DNA of 28,215 nt from a virus (taxonomy: Duplodnaviria > Caudoviricetes), in IMG/VR virus record IMGVR_UViG_3300034062_002237, positions 1 through 28,215 of that record, one strand, 5' to 3'. The stretch's first letter is position 1. Every line of letters starts with the position of its first letter. Made by a program: the position numbers and the translations under genes. The notes beneath the pieces were generated by a model. It did no database searches. It saw only the letters and a list, made by a program, of their open reading frames with translations, and was not told the DNA's origin. This document shows, in pieces, positions 14,534 to 23,693 of this stretch.

Positions 14534-15299
14534 TGACTACCAATTCGGCCTCAAATGTGTTGTTGTCTGGAACCTTTAACGATTCCAGCTTTGTTGCAAT
14601 GTTTATCTGAACCTGTGATTGTTGGTTTGGTTCAGAGAAGTTAATTGTTGCGGCTTCCGCGAGTTGTTTGATGTTACGCATCATACCCAACGCCTCCATA
14701 CCATCAAGCTCTTGCGCGGCATCTGCGGCTTTAACCAAAACCTTGCCAGTCAGAAACTTAATGGACTTCTTCATCGTTTCAAGAGATGCGGTTATGTCAG
14801 AAATAAGGGTTGGGACATCATCGCTTTCCCAAGGTGCTGGAGACTGGTCATTGACAAGACGCTCTCTGCAAATCTTCCATCTTTGAGTGTCGGCCCACAT
14901 GCTTACTGTTGCGTGGCTGGCGTTTAGCTCTTGTGCAATTTCCGCAATATTTCTTCCAGCGCAATACATTGAGAATCCCTTAATGCATTGTATTCTCTTG
15001 TCCTGCTTCATTAAGCTCATGTCTGGCGGAGGGGCCGCAAGCTTAACGGGAGCCTCCTCCTCCCAAGGATACGGCATTTCTTTATCTGGGTTATCAAGCC
15101 AAATTTGCTTGTGTTTTTCCCATTTTTCTGAATAAATAAAACGTTTCGTGTTAGAAATGTTTTTAATTCCCAAAGCTTCTGTAACCTCGGAAAGCTCTCT
15201 ATCGGCTACAAACAGCTTGAAGGCGTTTTGTTTTTTATACCTGTTTTCTGGCGAGTCCCAATCAATAGGCTTCCTGCCGCGCTTCTTTTTTTCTTCCAT
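14526..15299 (-). CDS. tandem-HTH protein, terminase small subunit-like
   Basis: two repeats of an HTH ending ..KW/RW..PWE; C-terminal QVQINI; adjacent to terL. Confidence 0.55.
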   Translation of the reverse strand: MEEKKKRGRKPIDWDSPENRYKKQNAFKLFVADRELSEVTEALGIKNISNTKRFIYSEKWEKHKQIWLDNPDKEMPYPWEEEAPVKLAAPPPDMSLMKQDKRIQCIKGFSMYCAGRNIAEIAQELNASHATVSMWADTQRWKICRERLVNDQSPAPWESDDVPTLISDITASLETMKKSIKFLTGKVLVKAADAAQELDGMEALGMMRNIKQLAEAATINFSEPNQQSQVQINIATKLESLKVPDNNTFEAELVVNE

Positions 15300-15328
15300 T
15301 CGCCATAATATAGTATAATCAAATTCTT
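15300..15328. promoter_or_regulatory. compact bidirectional -10 region between terS-like and terL
   Basis: TATAAT at 15314-15319 (+), overlapping TATACT/TATATT (-); no SD on either side. Confidence 0.45.
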
Positions 15329-17173
15329 ATGGCAACAGCAATTAACGCTGATGGTGCGGTTGAAAAATATGGAAGGCTTTGGTATCCGCAAAGCGGGGCC
15401 GCTGTTACGCCGCTACGAATCGAGATGGACGCATTCCTTGCGGGGTTAACCAAAGAGGATGGAGGGCTTGGCAAGGCCGTTCACTACAAAAATATCGTAT
15501 CAACAATATGGCCAACCTTCGCTTGGCATAAATGGGCAGAGCTTAGGGCGCAAGCCTTCTGCATGAACAACATAGAGGTTGATGGAAGCAATAGATATGT
15601 CAGGGGTGTTACAGGACTCGCTGGCGGAACCGACTCTGGAAAGTCTTGGGACATGGCCGCATTTGGTCTTGTGAACTGGTTTTGCGACCCATTGAACACG
15701 ATGGTTATTGTAGTTTCAACAAGCAAGATTGACGCAAAACAGCGAATATGGGGCGCACTGGTAAAGATGTATCGTGAGGCTCAGGCGTTGGGTGTGGCTC
15801 CGGGGCGGCTAATCGAGTCAATGGACATCATCAAACTTTCTGACGAAGAGGGCAAGGTAATCGACGCCTCCGTTGGCGTGTCCGACGCATCTTCCATCAT
15901 GCTCTTGGCGGCTGGCGACGAATTTAAGGATGACGCACAGAAGCGACTTCAGGGTAAAAAGAATCGTCGCATTGTTTTAATCATTGACGAATTACAAGAC
16001 TGTTCTGCTTCCGTGATTAACGAGGCCATTTGGGGATTTAAGGGGGCGCAAGAGCTTTACGTTGTCGGCGCAGGAAACCCATCATCAATCTTTGACCCCC
16101 ACGGAAAGTTCTGCGAACCCATCAAAGGATGGATGAGCGTTGATGAGGAAACTTCACACTGGAAGATAAGGGTGGCTGGCATTGAGGGAATATGCCTTCG
16201 TTTTGACTCTGAAAAAGACAATCCCAACCAGCAATCGTTTGATGCTGGAAAAGGACTGCGTTATCCGTTCCTTCCCAAGCCTAATGATGTTGCTATTGCC
16301 AAAAAAGAACTTGGAGAACTCAATCCTCAGTATTGGAGAAAGTTTCGCGGGTTTTGGCCACCAGCGGATGCAGATGATACCACGATTTTTAGTGACATCT
16401 TGCTGGCTCGCCACGGCGCATTAGATAAGCCGATATGGGATGGAACACCCAAAGACATAGCTGGGGTTGACCCAAGCTATACAGAAGGTGGAGACAGATT
16501 TGTTTTTACGCACCTAAAATATGGAAGGCTCATATCTGGCAAGTGGGCAGTCGCCGTAGAAAAGCAATATGTTCTCAACAGAAGACAGGGGAGCCAAGAA
16601 GATTTTCAATACGAAATGATTCATCAAATCAAAGACTTGGCCGAAAAACTGGGAATACCAAATCAGTGGATGGGCGTTGACGCCTCCGCTGGCGGCATCT
16701 TTTGGTCTATCGGTGAACGAGAGTTGTTAAAGGGGTGGCACGCGGTAAGTTTTGCTGGGGCCGCATCTGATCTTCCTGTTTCGGCGCAATACGCGCTTAG
16801 AAATGAGGCAACAGGAAAGCCACAGGTGGGCAAAGAGCTTTTTCACAACATGGCAAGCGAGTTGTGTTTTGTTGGTAGATATTTCGTTGAAAACGAACAA
16901 TTAAAAGGAGTCACGCCAGACTTGGCTTGGGAGATGACCCAAAGAAAATATGTTCGCCGCCAAAGAAAAATCATTATTGAATCTAAAACAGACATGAAAA
17001 AACGGATTGGCAAGTCCCCTGACTTGTTTGATTCTTTTGCTGTTGGGCTTTTTGTAGTCAGGAAAGTTTTCGGGGCAATGGCGGGAAGCGAGGCCATTGC
17101 GGAAATCAAACAAAAGAACAGGGAGGGTTTTAAGAAAATAAAACAACGCTTGACTTTAAGGAGTAATTGGTAA
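15329..17173 (+). CDS. terL: terminase large subunit
   Basis: Walker A GGTDSGKS, Walker B VLIIDE, AGNP, nuclease motifs AGVDPS, GVDAS, KSPDLFDS. Confidence 0.92.
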   Translation: MATAINADGAVEKYGRLWYPQSGAAVTPLRIEMDAFLAGLTKEDGGLGKAVHYKNIVSTIWPTFAWHKWAELRAQAFCMNNIEVDGSNRYVRGVTGLAGGTDSGKSWDMAAFGLVNWFCDPLNTMVIVVSTSKIDAKQRIWGALVKMYREAQALGVAPGRLIESMDIIKLSDEEGKVIDASVGVSDASSIMLLAAGDEFKDDAQKRLQGKKNRRIVLIIDELQDCSASVINEAIWGFKGAQELYVVGAGNPSSIFDPHGKFCEPIKGWMSVDEETSHWKIRVAGIEGICLRFDSEKDNPNQQSFDAGKGLRYPFLPKPNDVAIAKKELGELNPQYWRKFRGFWPPADADDTTIFSDILLARHGALDKPIWDGTPKDIAGVDPSYTEGGDRFVFTHLKYGRLISGKWAVAVEKQYVLNRRQGSQEDFQYEMIHQIKDLAEKLGIPNQWMGVDASAGGIFWSIGERELLKGWHAVSFAGAASDLPVSAQYALRNEATGKPQVGKELFHNMASELCFVGRYFVENEQLKGVTPDLAWEMTQRKYVRRQRKIIIESKTDMKKRIGKSPDLFDSFAVGLFVVRKVFGAMAGSEAIAEIKQKNREGFKKIKQRLTLRSNW

Positions 17174-17194
17174 AAAATATTGTCGTATTATTGC

Positions 17195-17539
17195 ATGGAA
17201 CTCCCAATAACCGAAGTAGATATTTGCATTTTAAAGGGGCAAACCTTTAACCAAACTTTGTTTTGGGAAACGGGAGAACCATCAACGCCAGTAAACCTTG
17301 CGGGATACACGGGAAGCATGGAAGTCAAAACCCATCCAAATAGCCCTGATAACATTTTAATCCTAACAACCACAAATGGAAGAATGGTTTTAAACGAACA
17401 AACTGGATCAATCAGATTAACCCTGTCTGCAAATGAAACCTCTGCCGTCAATGTGGACGAGGGCGTTCATAGAGTTTATTTGACAAATGGCAGCGTTGTG
17501 ACCAGAATATTCCAAGGGAAGGTCTATTTTAACACATGA
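17195..17539 (+). CDS. beta-rich virion structural protein (BppU-N-like)
   Basis: I.KGQTF, PVNLAGYTG.MEV, GSIRLTLSA.ET, TRIFQGKV pattern common in phage structural modules. Confidence 0.55.
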   Translation: MELPITEVDICILKGQTFNQTLFWETGEPSTPVNLAGYTGSMEVKTHPNSPDNILILTTTNGRMVLNEQTGSIRLTLSANETSAVNVDEGVHRVYLTNGSVVTRIFQGKVYFNT

Positions 17540-17859
17540 GCAAACTTTGCATTCCGCTACCATCTACTAGCGTGATTGGTGTTGCGTCTTCACAGGCCAG
17601 CGCACCAAGCTCTTCTGTTTTTCGCGTTGAAACCGAAATTACAACCGTGAGCGGAAGTGGCAGCAATTCTTTGAAGTCTATTGCAACCGCTACTGGAAGC
17701 TCTTATCCCGTAGGAATTTGTGTATTTTTGCCTAACGTAACCCCGCCATCAACGTATCAACTGGTAGCGGCAAATACCGCAGAAAACATCCCGCTTGTTG
17801 TGCGTCCCGCTGACTATGCAACGGCCACCAACGAAAAAGTTTGGGTTCAGAGAATGTAA
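17536..17859 (+). CDS. hypothetical structural protein
   Basis: ATGA overlap; C-terminal VVRPADY...KVW. Confidence 0.65.
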   Translation: MSKLCIPLPSTSVIGVASSQASAPSSSVFRVETEITTVSGSGSNSLKSIATATGSSYPVGICVFLPNVTPPSTYQLVAANTAENIPLVVRPADYATATNEKVWVQRM

Positions 17860-17861
17860 CA

Positions 17862-19481
17862 ATGAAAAATATTTTTGCCATTATTGCCGCCCTGTTTCTT
17901 GTTGCTTCTGTTAACGCGCAGACAAGAAATGTTGTAGTAAACACTAATAGCGTTATTATTTCTCCGACAAATTTTTGGTCTGCCGATGCCGCCAATGCAA
18001 GAAGCGGACTTGGGCTTGGAACCGCCGCAACCAATCCTTCTACAGCTTTTCAGCCGTCATCTTCGGTTCTTACTAATTTGGCTAACAATAATGGCGCAAC
18101 ACTAACAAACATCCCCGTTTGGGGGGTGATTGGAGCTTTGGCAACCAACGGAAATGGTTCTGCGCTTACTAACATTACGGCAAGCAATATTGCGGGAACG
18201 GTAGCATTAGCGTCTAACGTAAGCGGAGTAATTGCCATTACAAACGGTGGAACTGGTGCAACAAACGAGGCAACCGCCAGAACCAATCTCGGTCTTGGAA
18301 GCGCGGCAACAAATTCTGAGTCAGCGTTCCAACCATCGTCTTCCGCTCTAACGAATTTGGCGAATAACAATGGAATCAATCTAACCAATATTTCAGTTAG
18401 CGGCGTTGTTGGTGCGTTGGCCACAAATGGAAATGCCTCTGCGCTTACGAATTTCCCAACGCTAAATCAAAACACCACAGGAACAGCATCTAACGTTACT
18501 GGCGTTGTTGCCATCACAAACGGCGGAACTGGCGCAAGCAATGCAGCAACCGCTAGAACCAATCTGGGGCTTGGATGGAGCGCATTAACGAACACGACAT
18601 CAAGCGGATTCCAGACCGCCCTGTTTGGGGCAAACACAAATCCCGTTCTCGTCAATACCAATGGCTCGGTTGTTAGTCCGACAAACTTTTGGCAATCAGC
18701 ACCAATTAGCACTACCGTTCAAAGTTTTACTAACGTTACAGGAACATCAACAAATGTTGCCACAAACTCGCGTAATTTGTATTTGTATAGTTTGTCGCCA
18801 TCAGTTAGCGGCATAACAAACACCATTACCCTTCCAACAAACGGCTCAACATTTAACGGAGATGTGGCAACCATAATTCATTCTGGAAACACGAATTCAA
18901 CAACGGCAGTTAGACAGCTTGGGTCTTCAACCAATATTATTATTCTTAACCAATTGGACGAAGCCGTAAGGCTCATTTATAAAGAAAATGCTTGGACATT
19001 GGCTGACAATATTTCATATATTGAGCCTATTTATTTTTCGGGAACAAATGCTATTGATAATGCTGCGGCTAGCAGAACAAATCTTGGTATTGGGGCAACA
19101 TGGCTCACCAACACCAATGTAACCAATTTTCGCACGGCCATTGAGCTTGGAGTAACCAACAATGTAACATTTTCAAACATTATCGCCTCTGGAACGCTTA
19201 CTTCTACTGGAGTTGTTACGGCTGTTACCAACCTTAATGTTGGTGGTGCAATTGCCGTAACAAACGCCGCGCTTACCAGAACCAATCTTGGTCTTCCCTT
19301 GCCAGCATTAACCAATACAAGCAACACAAATTTTCAAGCTGCAATTTTTACCACAAATTCCATACCAACAAATTCGGCAAACGTTAACGCAATCAACTTT
19401 AATACGGCGGTTGCTTGGATGGGAATAACCGTTGTAACAAATGGCGTAACAAACACGTTTAGAATCCCGCTTTTTCAATAA
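17862..19481 (+). CDS. Thr/Asn-rich fibre-like protein with an N-terminal signal peptide
   Basis: GGTGA...ARTNLGLG fibre repeats; ~93-aa internal duplication; MKNIFAIIAALFLVASVNA-Q start. Confidence 0.7.
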   Translation: MKNIFAIIAALFLVASVNAQTRNVVVNTNSVIISPTNFWSADAANARSGLGLGTAATNPSTAFQPSSSVLTNLANNNGATLTNIPVWGVIGALATNGNGSALTNITASNIAGTVALASNVSGVIAITNGGTGATNEATARTNLGLGSAATNSESAFQPSSSALTNLANNNGINLTNISVSGVVGALATNGNASALTNFPTLNQNTTGTASNVTGVVAITNGGTGASNAATARTNLGLGWSALTNTTSSGFQTALFGANTNPVLVNTNGSVVSPTNFWQSAPISTTVQSFTNVTGTSTNVATNSRNLYLYSLSPSVSGITNTITLPTNGSTFNGDVATIIHSGNTNSTTAVRQLGSSTNIIILNQLDEAVRLIYKENAWTLADNISYIEPIYFSGTNAIDNAAASRTNLGIGATWLTNTNVTNFRTAIELGVTNNVTFSNIIASGTLTSTGVVTAVTNLNVGGAIAVTNAALTRTNLGLPLPALTNTSNTNFQAAIFTTNSIPTNSANVNAINFNTAVAWMGITVVTNGVTNTFRIPLFQ

Positions 19482-19482
19482 T

Positions 19483-21765
19483 ATGGCAAACGAAGGCAAT
19501 GCAGAGTTGGAGAATTTAACAGAAACTGGCAGTGCGCCCCAAAAGCGCATTAAGTCTTCTGGAAGTCTTGTAGCAATCGCGGATAAATACATTGAACAAG
19601 ACGAGGAGGCCAGCTATCTTCGTGCTCGCGCTCAGGCACTAATCAATGGTGAGCCTCCATACGACAGCGACGAACTGCGAGACAAGGGGCTAACTCATGT
19701 TGTTAACAGTAATTTTGGCGAAGCTTCTGCTATTATTGAGGCGGCTCTTGCTCCGTATATTGAGCTTCAAAATGGCGTTCCGCGCATTGCCAATGTAATC
19801 ATGGAATCCTATGAGGGCGATTCAAACGAGGATTCAGAAATTATTTCTGAAGAGTTTGATTGGATGCTCAAAGAGTGGAGCGATTACCCATACAACATGC
19901 AATTGCTCTCACGAGAATTTGTTGGTGATGGTGTTGGTGTTGCCATGTGGCCAGACGAAAGAACCATCTTTTGGGAACCATGCGGATTAAAAGATTTTAA
20001 AGTTGCCAGAGACACCAAGGTTTCTGACGAGGCAATTGAAGTGGCGATTGTTACTCGGAGCATGTCTGTGAGCCAACTGTATCACTACATCAGAAATCCC
20101 AAGGCCGCAAAAGCTATGGGGTGGAACATCAATGCTGTAAAACAGGCAATTTGGAAAGCTTCCACAAAGTCAGATCAATGGAAAAATTATACCCATCACT
20201 GGGAAGATTTTGAGCGCGAAGTAAAAGAAAACGACCTTTATTCAGGCGAATCAGCCTACCATCGCGCACAATTGATTTACGGCTATAACCGCGAATTTGA
20301 TGGCAAATTCACACAGCTTATCTCTTCAAGGGATGCAGACAGCTTTCTTTACGAAAGGTATGGGAAATACAACAATGTTAACAATTGCTTTGTAATCTTC
20401 ACCTATGGCGTTGGCCAAGGAACCTTTCATACCATTCGCGGACTCAAGCAAAAGATTTACAACCCGATTCAAGTTTCCAACAGAATCCTTTGCCAAGCCG
20501 CCCAAGCAGCCATTACCGCAGGGCTAATCCAGTTGCAAGGAGACGCAGAGGCGATTCAAGACTTTCAATACATTGAAGTTGGGCCTTATACATTTATCCC
20601 CAATGGATTGACCCCCATTCAGCTTACACCCCCAAGCGTTGCAACACAGGGCATCCCCGTTTATAACCTAATGAGCCAGACGCTTCAGAACAACACTGGT
20701 AGCTATCGCTCTCGCTCCGTTAATCCAGACGCACAAGCAAGGTCTGCCACCGAGGTTGTTCAGCAAGCCAGACAGGAATCAACGCTTAATGCTGCCGCTC
20801 TTGAATTGTTTTACACGCCATATAACAAATTGCTCACAGAGCAATATCGTAGAGCAGTATCAGAATTTATCACACCTTCTGATCGCGGTGGAAGGCTTGC
20901 CTTAGAGTTTCGCGCTCGCTGCAAACGGCGCGGAGTTTCTATTGAGAGAATGAGAAGATTCTTGAAGGTTACGGCAATGAGAGCGATGGGAGACGGTAGC
21001 CCCGTTATGACGGAAATGGCATCCAAGCAACTCATGGAGCTTTATTCGTTGATGGACGAGAAGGGCAAGGAAAACACCCTTAGAGCCGTTGTTGCTGGTA
21101 TCCCCGGTGTCGGATACCAAAAGGTCGATCTGTTTGTTTCCGAGAAAGGCCCAAGGCGCGTTGTTGACTTTGACATTGCCAACCTTGAAAACGGAAACCT
21201 TCGCCAAGGCGTTCAGCAAATCGTTCACGATAGCCAAAATCATGCGGTTCATATCGAAGCCCACATTCCGCTTATGGCAGAAATCATCGAGCTTCACCGT
21301 CAACAGCAAATCCCAGACGAGCAAGCAATGCAGATTCTTCGTCCTCTGGCAGACCATACCACACAACATCTTGTGTTCTTCTCAAGCAACAGCTTCCGCA
21401 AGCAAGAGGTAAATGAACTTAAACGGCAGTTGCAAAACGTCACGGCATACGTTGACGAGCTTGAACAGCAAGTCATCAACAGAATGATGTCCGAGCAAAA
21501 CAAAATGCAGGAACAAGCCCTTGAAGGTCAACAACAAGGCCAGCAACCCAATCCCAAAGACATGATTGAGTTGGAGAAGGCGCAAATCAAACTTGCGGAA
21601 ATGCAAGAAAAGCGTTTAATGAACCAAGAGGCCCACGCGCAAAGAATGGAAACTATTCGTCAGCAAATGAGCTTGAATGATCTTAAAACAAAAAGCTCAA
21701 TTATGCAAAAGTCAACAACACCGCTGGCAGGAACAGGAAGACCCCCGATGGCCCAAGGTGTTTAA
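19483..21765 (+). CDS. portal protein (probable)
   Basis: 760 aa, located between terL and scaffold/capsid; RSATEV motif; Gln-rich coiled-coil tail as in P22-like portals. Confidence 0.7.
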   Translation: MANEGNAELENLTETGSAPQKRIKSSGSLVAIADKYIEQDEEASYLRARAQALINGEPPYDSDELRDKGLTHVVNSNFGEASAIIEAALAPYIELQNGVPRIANVIMESYEGDSNEDSEIISEEFDWMLKEWSDYPYNMQLLSREFVGDGVGVAMWPDERTIFWEPCGLKDFKVARDTKVSDEAIEVAIVTRSMSVSQLYHYIRNPKAAKAMGWNINAVKQAIWKASTKSDQWKNYTHHWEDFEREVKENDLYSGESAYHRAQLIYGYNREFDGKFTQLISSRDADSFLYERYGKYNNVNNCFVIFTYGVGQGTFHTIRGLKQKIYNPIQVSNRILCQAAQAAITAGLIQLQGDAEAIQDFQYIEVGPYTFIPNGLTPIQLTPPSVATQGIPVYNLMSQTLQNNTGSYRSRSVNPDAQARSATEVVQQARQESTLNAAALELFYTPYNKLLTEQYRRAVSEFITPSDRGGRLALEFRARCKRRGVSIERMRRFLKVTAMRAMGDGSPVMTEMASKQLMELYSLMDEKGKENTLRAVVAGIPGVGYQKVDLFVSEKGPRRVVDFDIANLENGNLRQGVQQIVHDSQNHAVHIEAHIPLMAEIIELHRQQQIPDEQAMQILRPLADHTTQHLVFFSSNSFRKQEVNELKRQLQNVTAYVDELEQQVINRMMSEQNKMQEQALEGQQQGQQPNPKDMIELEKAQIKLAEMQEKRLMNQEAHAQRMETIRQQMSLNDLKTKSSIMQKSTTPLAGTGRPPMAQGV

Positions 21766-21812
21766 AATAATTCTGGACAGGCCGCTTGGATTCATATAGC
21801 AAGTAAGAACAA

Positions 21813-22103
21813 ATGGAATGGACAGATCAAGACGCTCGTGAGTGGGCGAAAACTTGGGAGCAACCGCACATGCTCAAAGGTTTGAGAATTATCGCCAAAA
21901 AGGTAAGACCCCGCCGTATGGTTGGGCAAGTTGCACAAGGGTTTGACCTGTCTCCAGTCTTTATTAAGACGTGTGGATTTTACGAGGGTGGACAAGAAGT
22001 TCTTGACCTTGTTGAAATTTTGGCTAATGGAAGAGTGGAGAACAAACCGAAAACAGAACTTCCAGAACCCTTCTCACATATAACTACAGAAAAAAATAAA
22101 TAA
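21813..22103 (+). CDS. small head-module hypothetical protein
   Basis: position between portal and scaffold. Confidence 0.7.
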   Translation: MEWTDQDAREWAKTWEQPHMLKGLRIIAKKVRPRRMVGQVAQGFDLSPVFIKTCGFYEGGQEVLDLVEILANGRVENKPKTELPEPFSHITTEKNK

Positions 22104-22105
22104 TC

Positions 22106-23425
22106 ATGTCAAACGCAATCCTTAATAGCGCACTTACTGGCGAAGCAGATTTCGCTGGAGCCGTTCTTGGTAGAAATCAAGAGGCCACCCCCGAACCCGT
22201 TGCAGAGCAACAGCCAGCAACCCCAGAACCAGAAAAAACGGCTGAGAAAACGGAGGCCAAAGAACAGCCCAAGCAAGAAGAGAAAACCAAAGCCCCAACC
22301 AGAGAAGTTGAAGAAAAAACCAAAAAAACTGAAGATGTTGACATTTCTAAACAAACTGAAAAAGTTACTGAAAAAACCGAAAGCAAAACTGAAGATTCTT
22401 CTGCTTCCGACTCTGATCTTCCTGTCAACCCCCATTTTAACGACAAAGAGGTTGCAGATAAACCCGCTGGCGATGATTCGGAAAAAGGACTCGCTTCTTG
22501 GAAAGAGCACAAAGCGGAGCTTAAAAAAGCGAGAGAAGAAAGGGACAGGCTCGTTGCGGAACTTAAAGCCGCAAAAGAAGCCGCCTCAACAACGACTTCC
22601 TTTGAAGCCGAAAACTACAAAAAGGAAATCGAAGACTACAAAACAAAAATCGCAGAACTCAGCAGAGAGCTTAAAACAGCCAACTTTGAGCGCAGTCCAG
22701 AATATGTTGAAAAGGTCAAAAAGCCGCTAAACGGATTGCAGGGTGATCTTCGCGCAATTGCAGAAGCCAACGATGCCGATTTTGGCAAGCTCTGGCAAGC
22801 TGTTACGGAACCCGACATTCGCAAGCGCACTGACAGTCTTGAAGACCTTATTGGCGACTTCAAGCGCATGGAGCAGCTTGAGGTTGTTAAGCTTACGGAG
22901 AAGTATCACAATCTGGCGTCCGAGCATGAACGCTTTCAAAAAGATGCGGAATCCCTTGTGGAAAACGAAAGAGCAAGACGCGCCCAAGAGGAGCAGGAGT
23001 TTATTGAAAACGATCTTCGCCTTCAGAAAGCCTTTACTTCACAAACTTGGACGGGGCTTGAAGACCGCTATGACTTCCTCAAAGAAATTGACGGGCAAGA
23101 CGATTGGAACAATCACATTAGAACTGCCAAGAAAACGGCGGCAGAGACAAACCTAGACCGACTAAGCATTGAAGACAGGTCTGCAATTCTTGCCAAAGCT
23201 TCGGTTGTTCCATTCTTGGAGTCTGCTATCAATCATTATTCGGCGCAATTGGCCAAAGTTTCTGAAAGCAAAAACGCCGAAATTGCCGAACTCAAGAAAC
23301 AGATTGAGGGTCTGGTTGGTGCTTCTCCGAATCTTGGAACCGCCACTACAGACAACAGCGATGTTGAAGAAGATATTGACGATAAAAGACTAACCAATTT
23401 TGGAGCGTCTATTTTGGGACGATAA
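22106..23425 (+). CDS. capsid scaffolding protein (probable)
   Basis: acidic low-complexity N-terminus, long coiled coils, immediately upstream of the capsid gene. Confidence 0.65.
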   Translation: MSNAILNSALTGEADFAGAVLGRNQEATPEPVAEQQPATPEPEKTAEKTEAKEQPKQEEKTKAPTREVEEKTKKTEDVDISKQTEKVTEKTESKTEDSSASDSDLPVNPHFNDKEVADKPAGDDSEKGLASWKEHKAELKKAREERDRLVAELKAAKEAASTTTSFEAENYKKEIEDYKTKIAELSRELKTANFERSPEYVEKVKKPLNGLQGDLRAIAEANDADFGKLWQAVTEPDIRKRTDSLEDLIGDFKRMEQLEVVKLTEKYHNLASEHERFQKDAESLVENERARRAQEEQEFIENDLRLQKAFTSQTWTGLEDRYDFLKEIDGQDDWNNHIRTAKKTAAETNLDRLSIEDRSAILAKASVVPFLESAINHYSAQLAKVSESKNAEIAELKKQIEGLVGASPNLGTATTDNSDVEEDIDDKRLTNFGASILGR

Positions 23426-23446
23426 TATTTCCCCCTAATCACAATA

Positions 23447-23481
23447 GAGGAGTGAGAGTAAAATCTCGCTCTTCTTTTTTT
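23447..23481 (+). terminator. intrinsic terminator
   Basis: 11-bp stem GAGGAGTGAGA/TCTCGCTCTTC, loop GTAAAA, T7 tail. Confidence 0.8.
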
Positions 23482-23482
23482 G

Positions 23483-23511
23483 TTGACAAGGCATTGTCAT
23501 TATAGTAGATT
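23483..23511 (+). promoter_or_regulatory. sigma70-type promoter for the capsid gene
   Basis: TTGACA-N17-TAGATT immediately after the terminator. Confidence 0.75.
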
Positions 23512-23517
23512 CAATTA

Positions 23518-23693
23518 TGACTTAGCCGAATTGGTCACGGACGCTGGTTGGTGAGCGACATCGCCTCCTAAAACTAATAGCTGTCTATACCCACCGCAGC
23601 ATGGGAAAAATCGCAAGCGGTCAGATAATGCGTGTGCATTATTTAAGACTTAATGCAAAAACAAAATTAGATTAAATAGGAGAATTTAATATT
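23518..23693 (+). promoter_or_regulatory. structured 5' leader of the capsid mRNA
   Basis: several helices, a candidate H-type pseudoknot, AGGAG SD at 23678-23682. Confidence 0.5.

Noticed and set aside
22109-23442. Multiple alternative-frame ORFs over the scaffold gene (also over the capsid, portal and fibre genes)
   Set aside because: Expected shadows of low-complexity or codon-biased coding sequence
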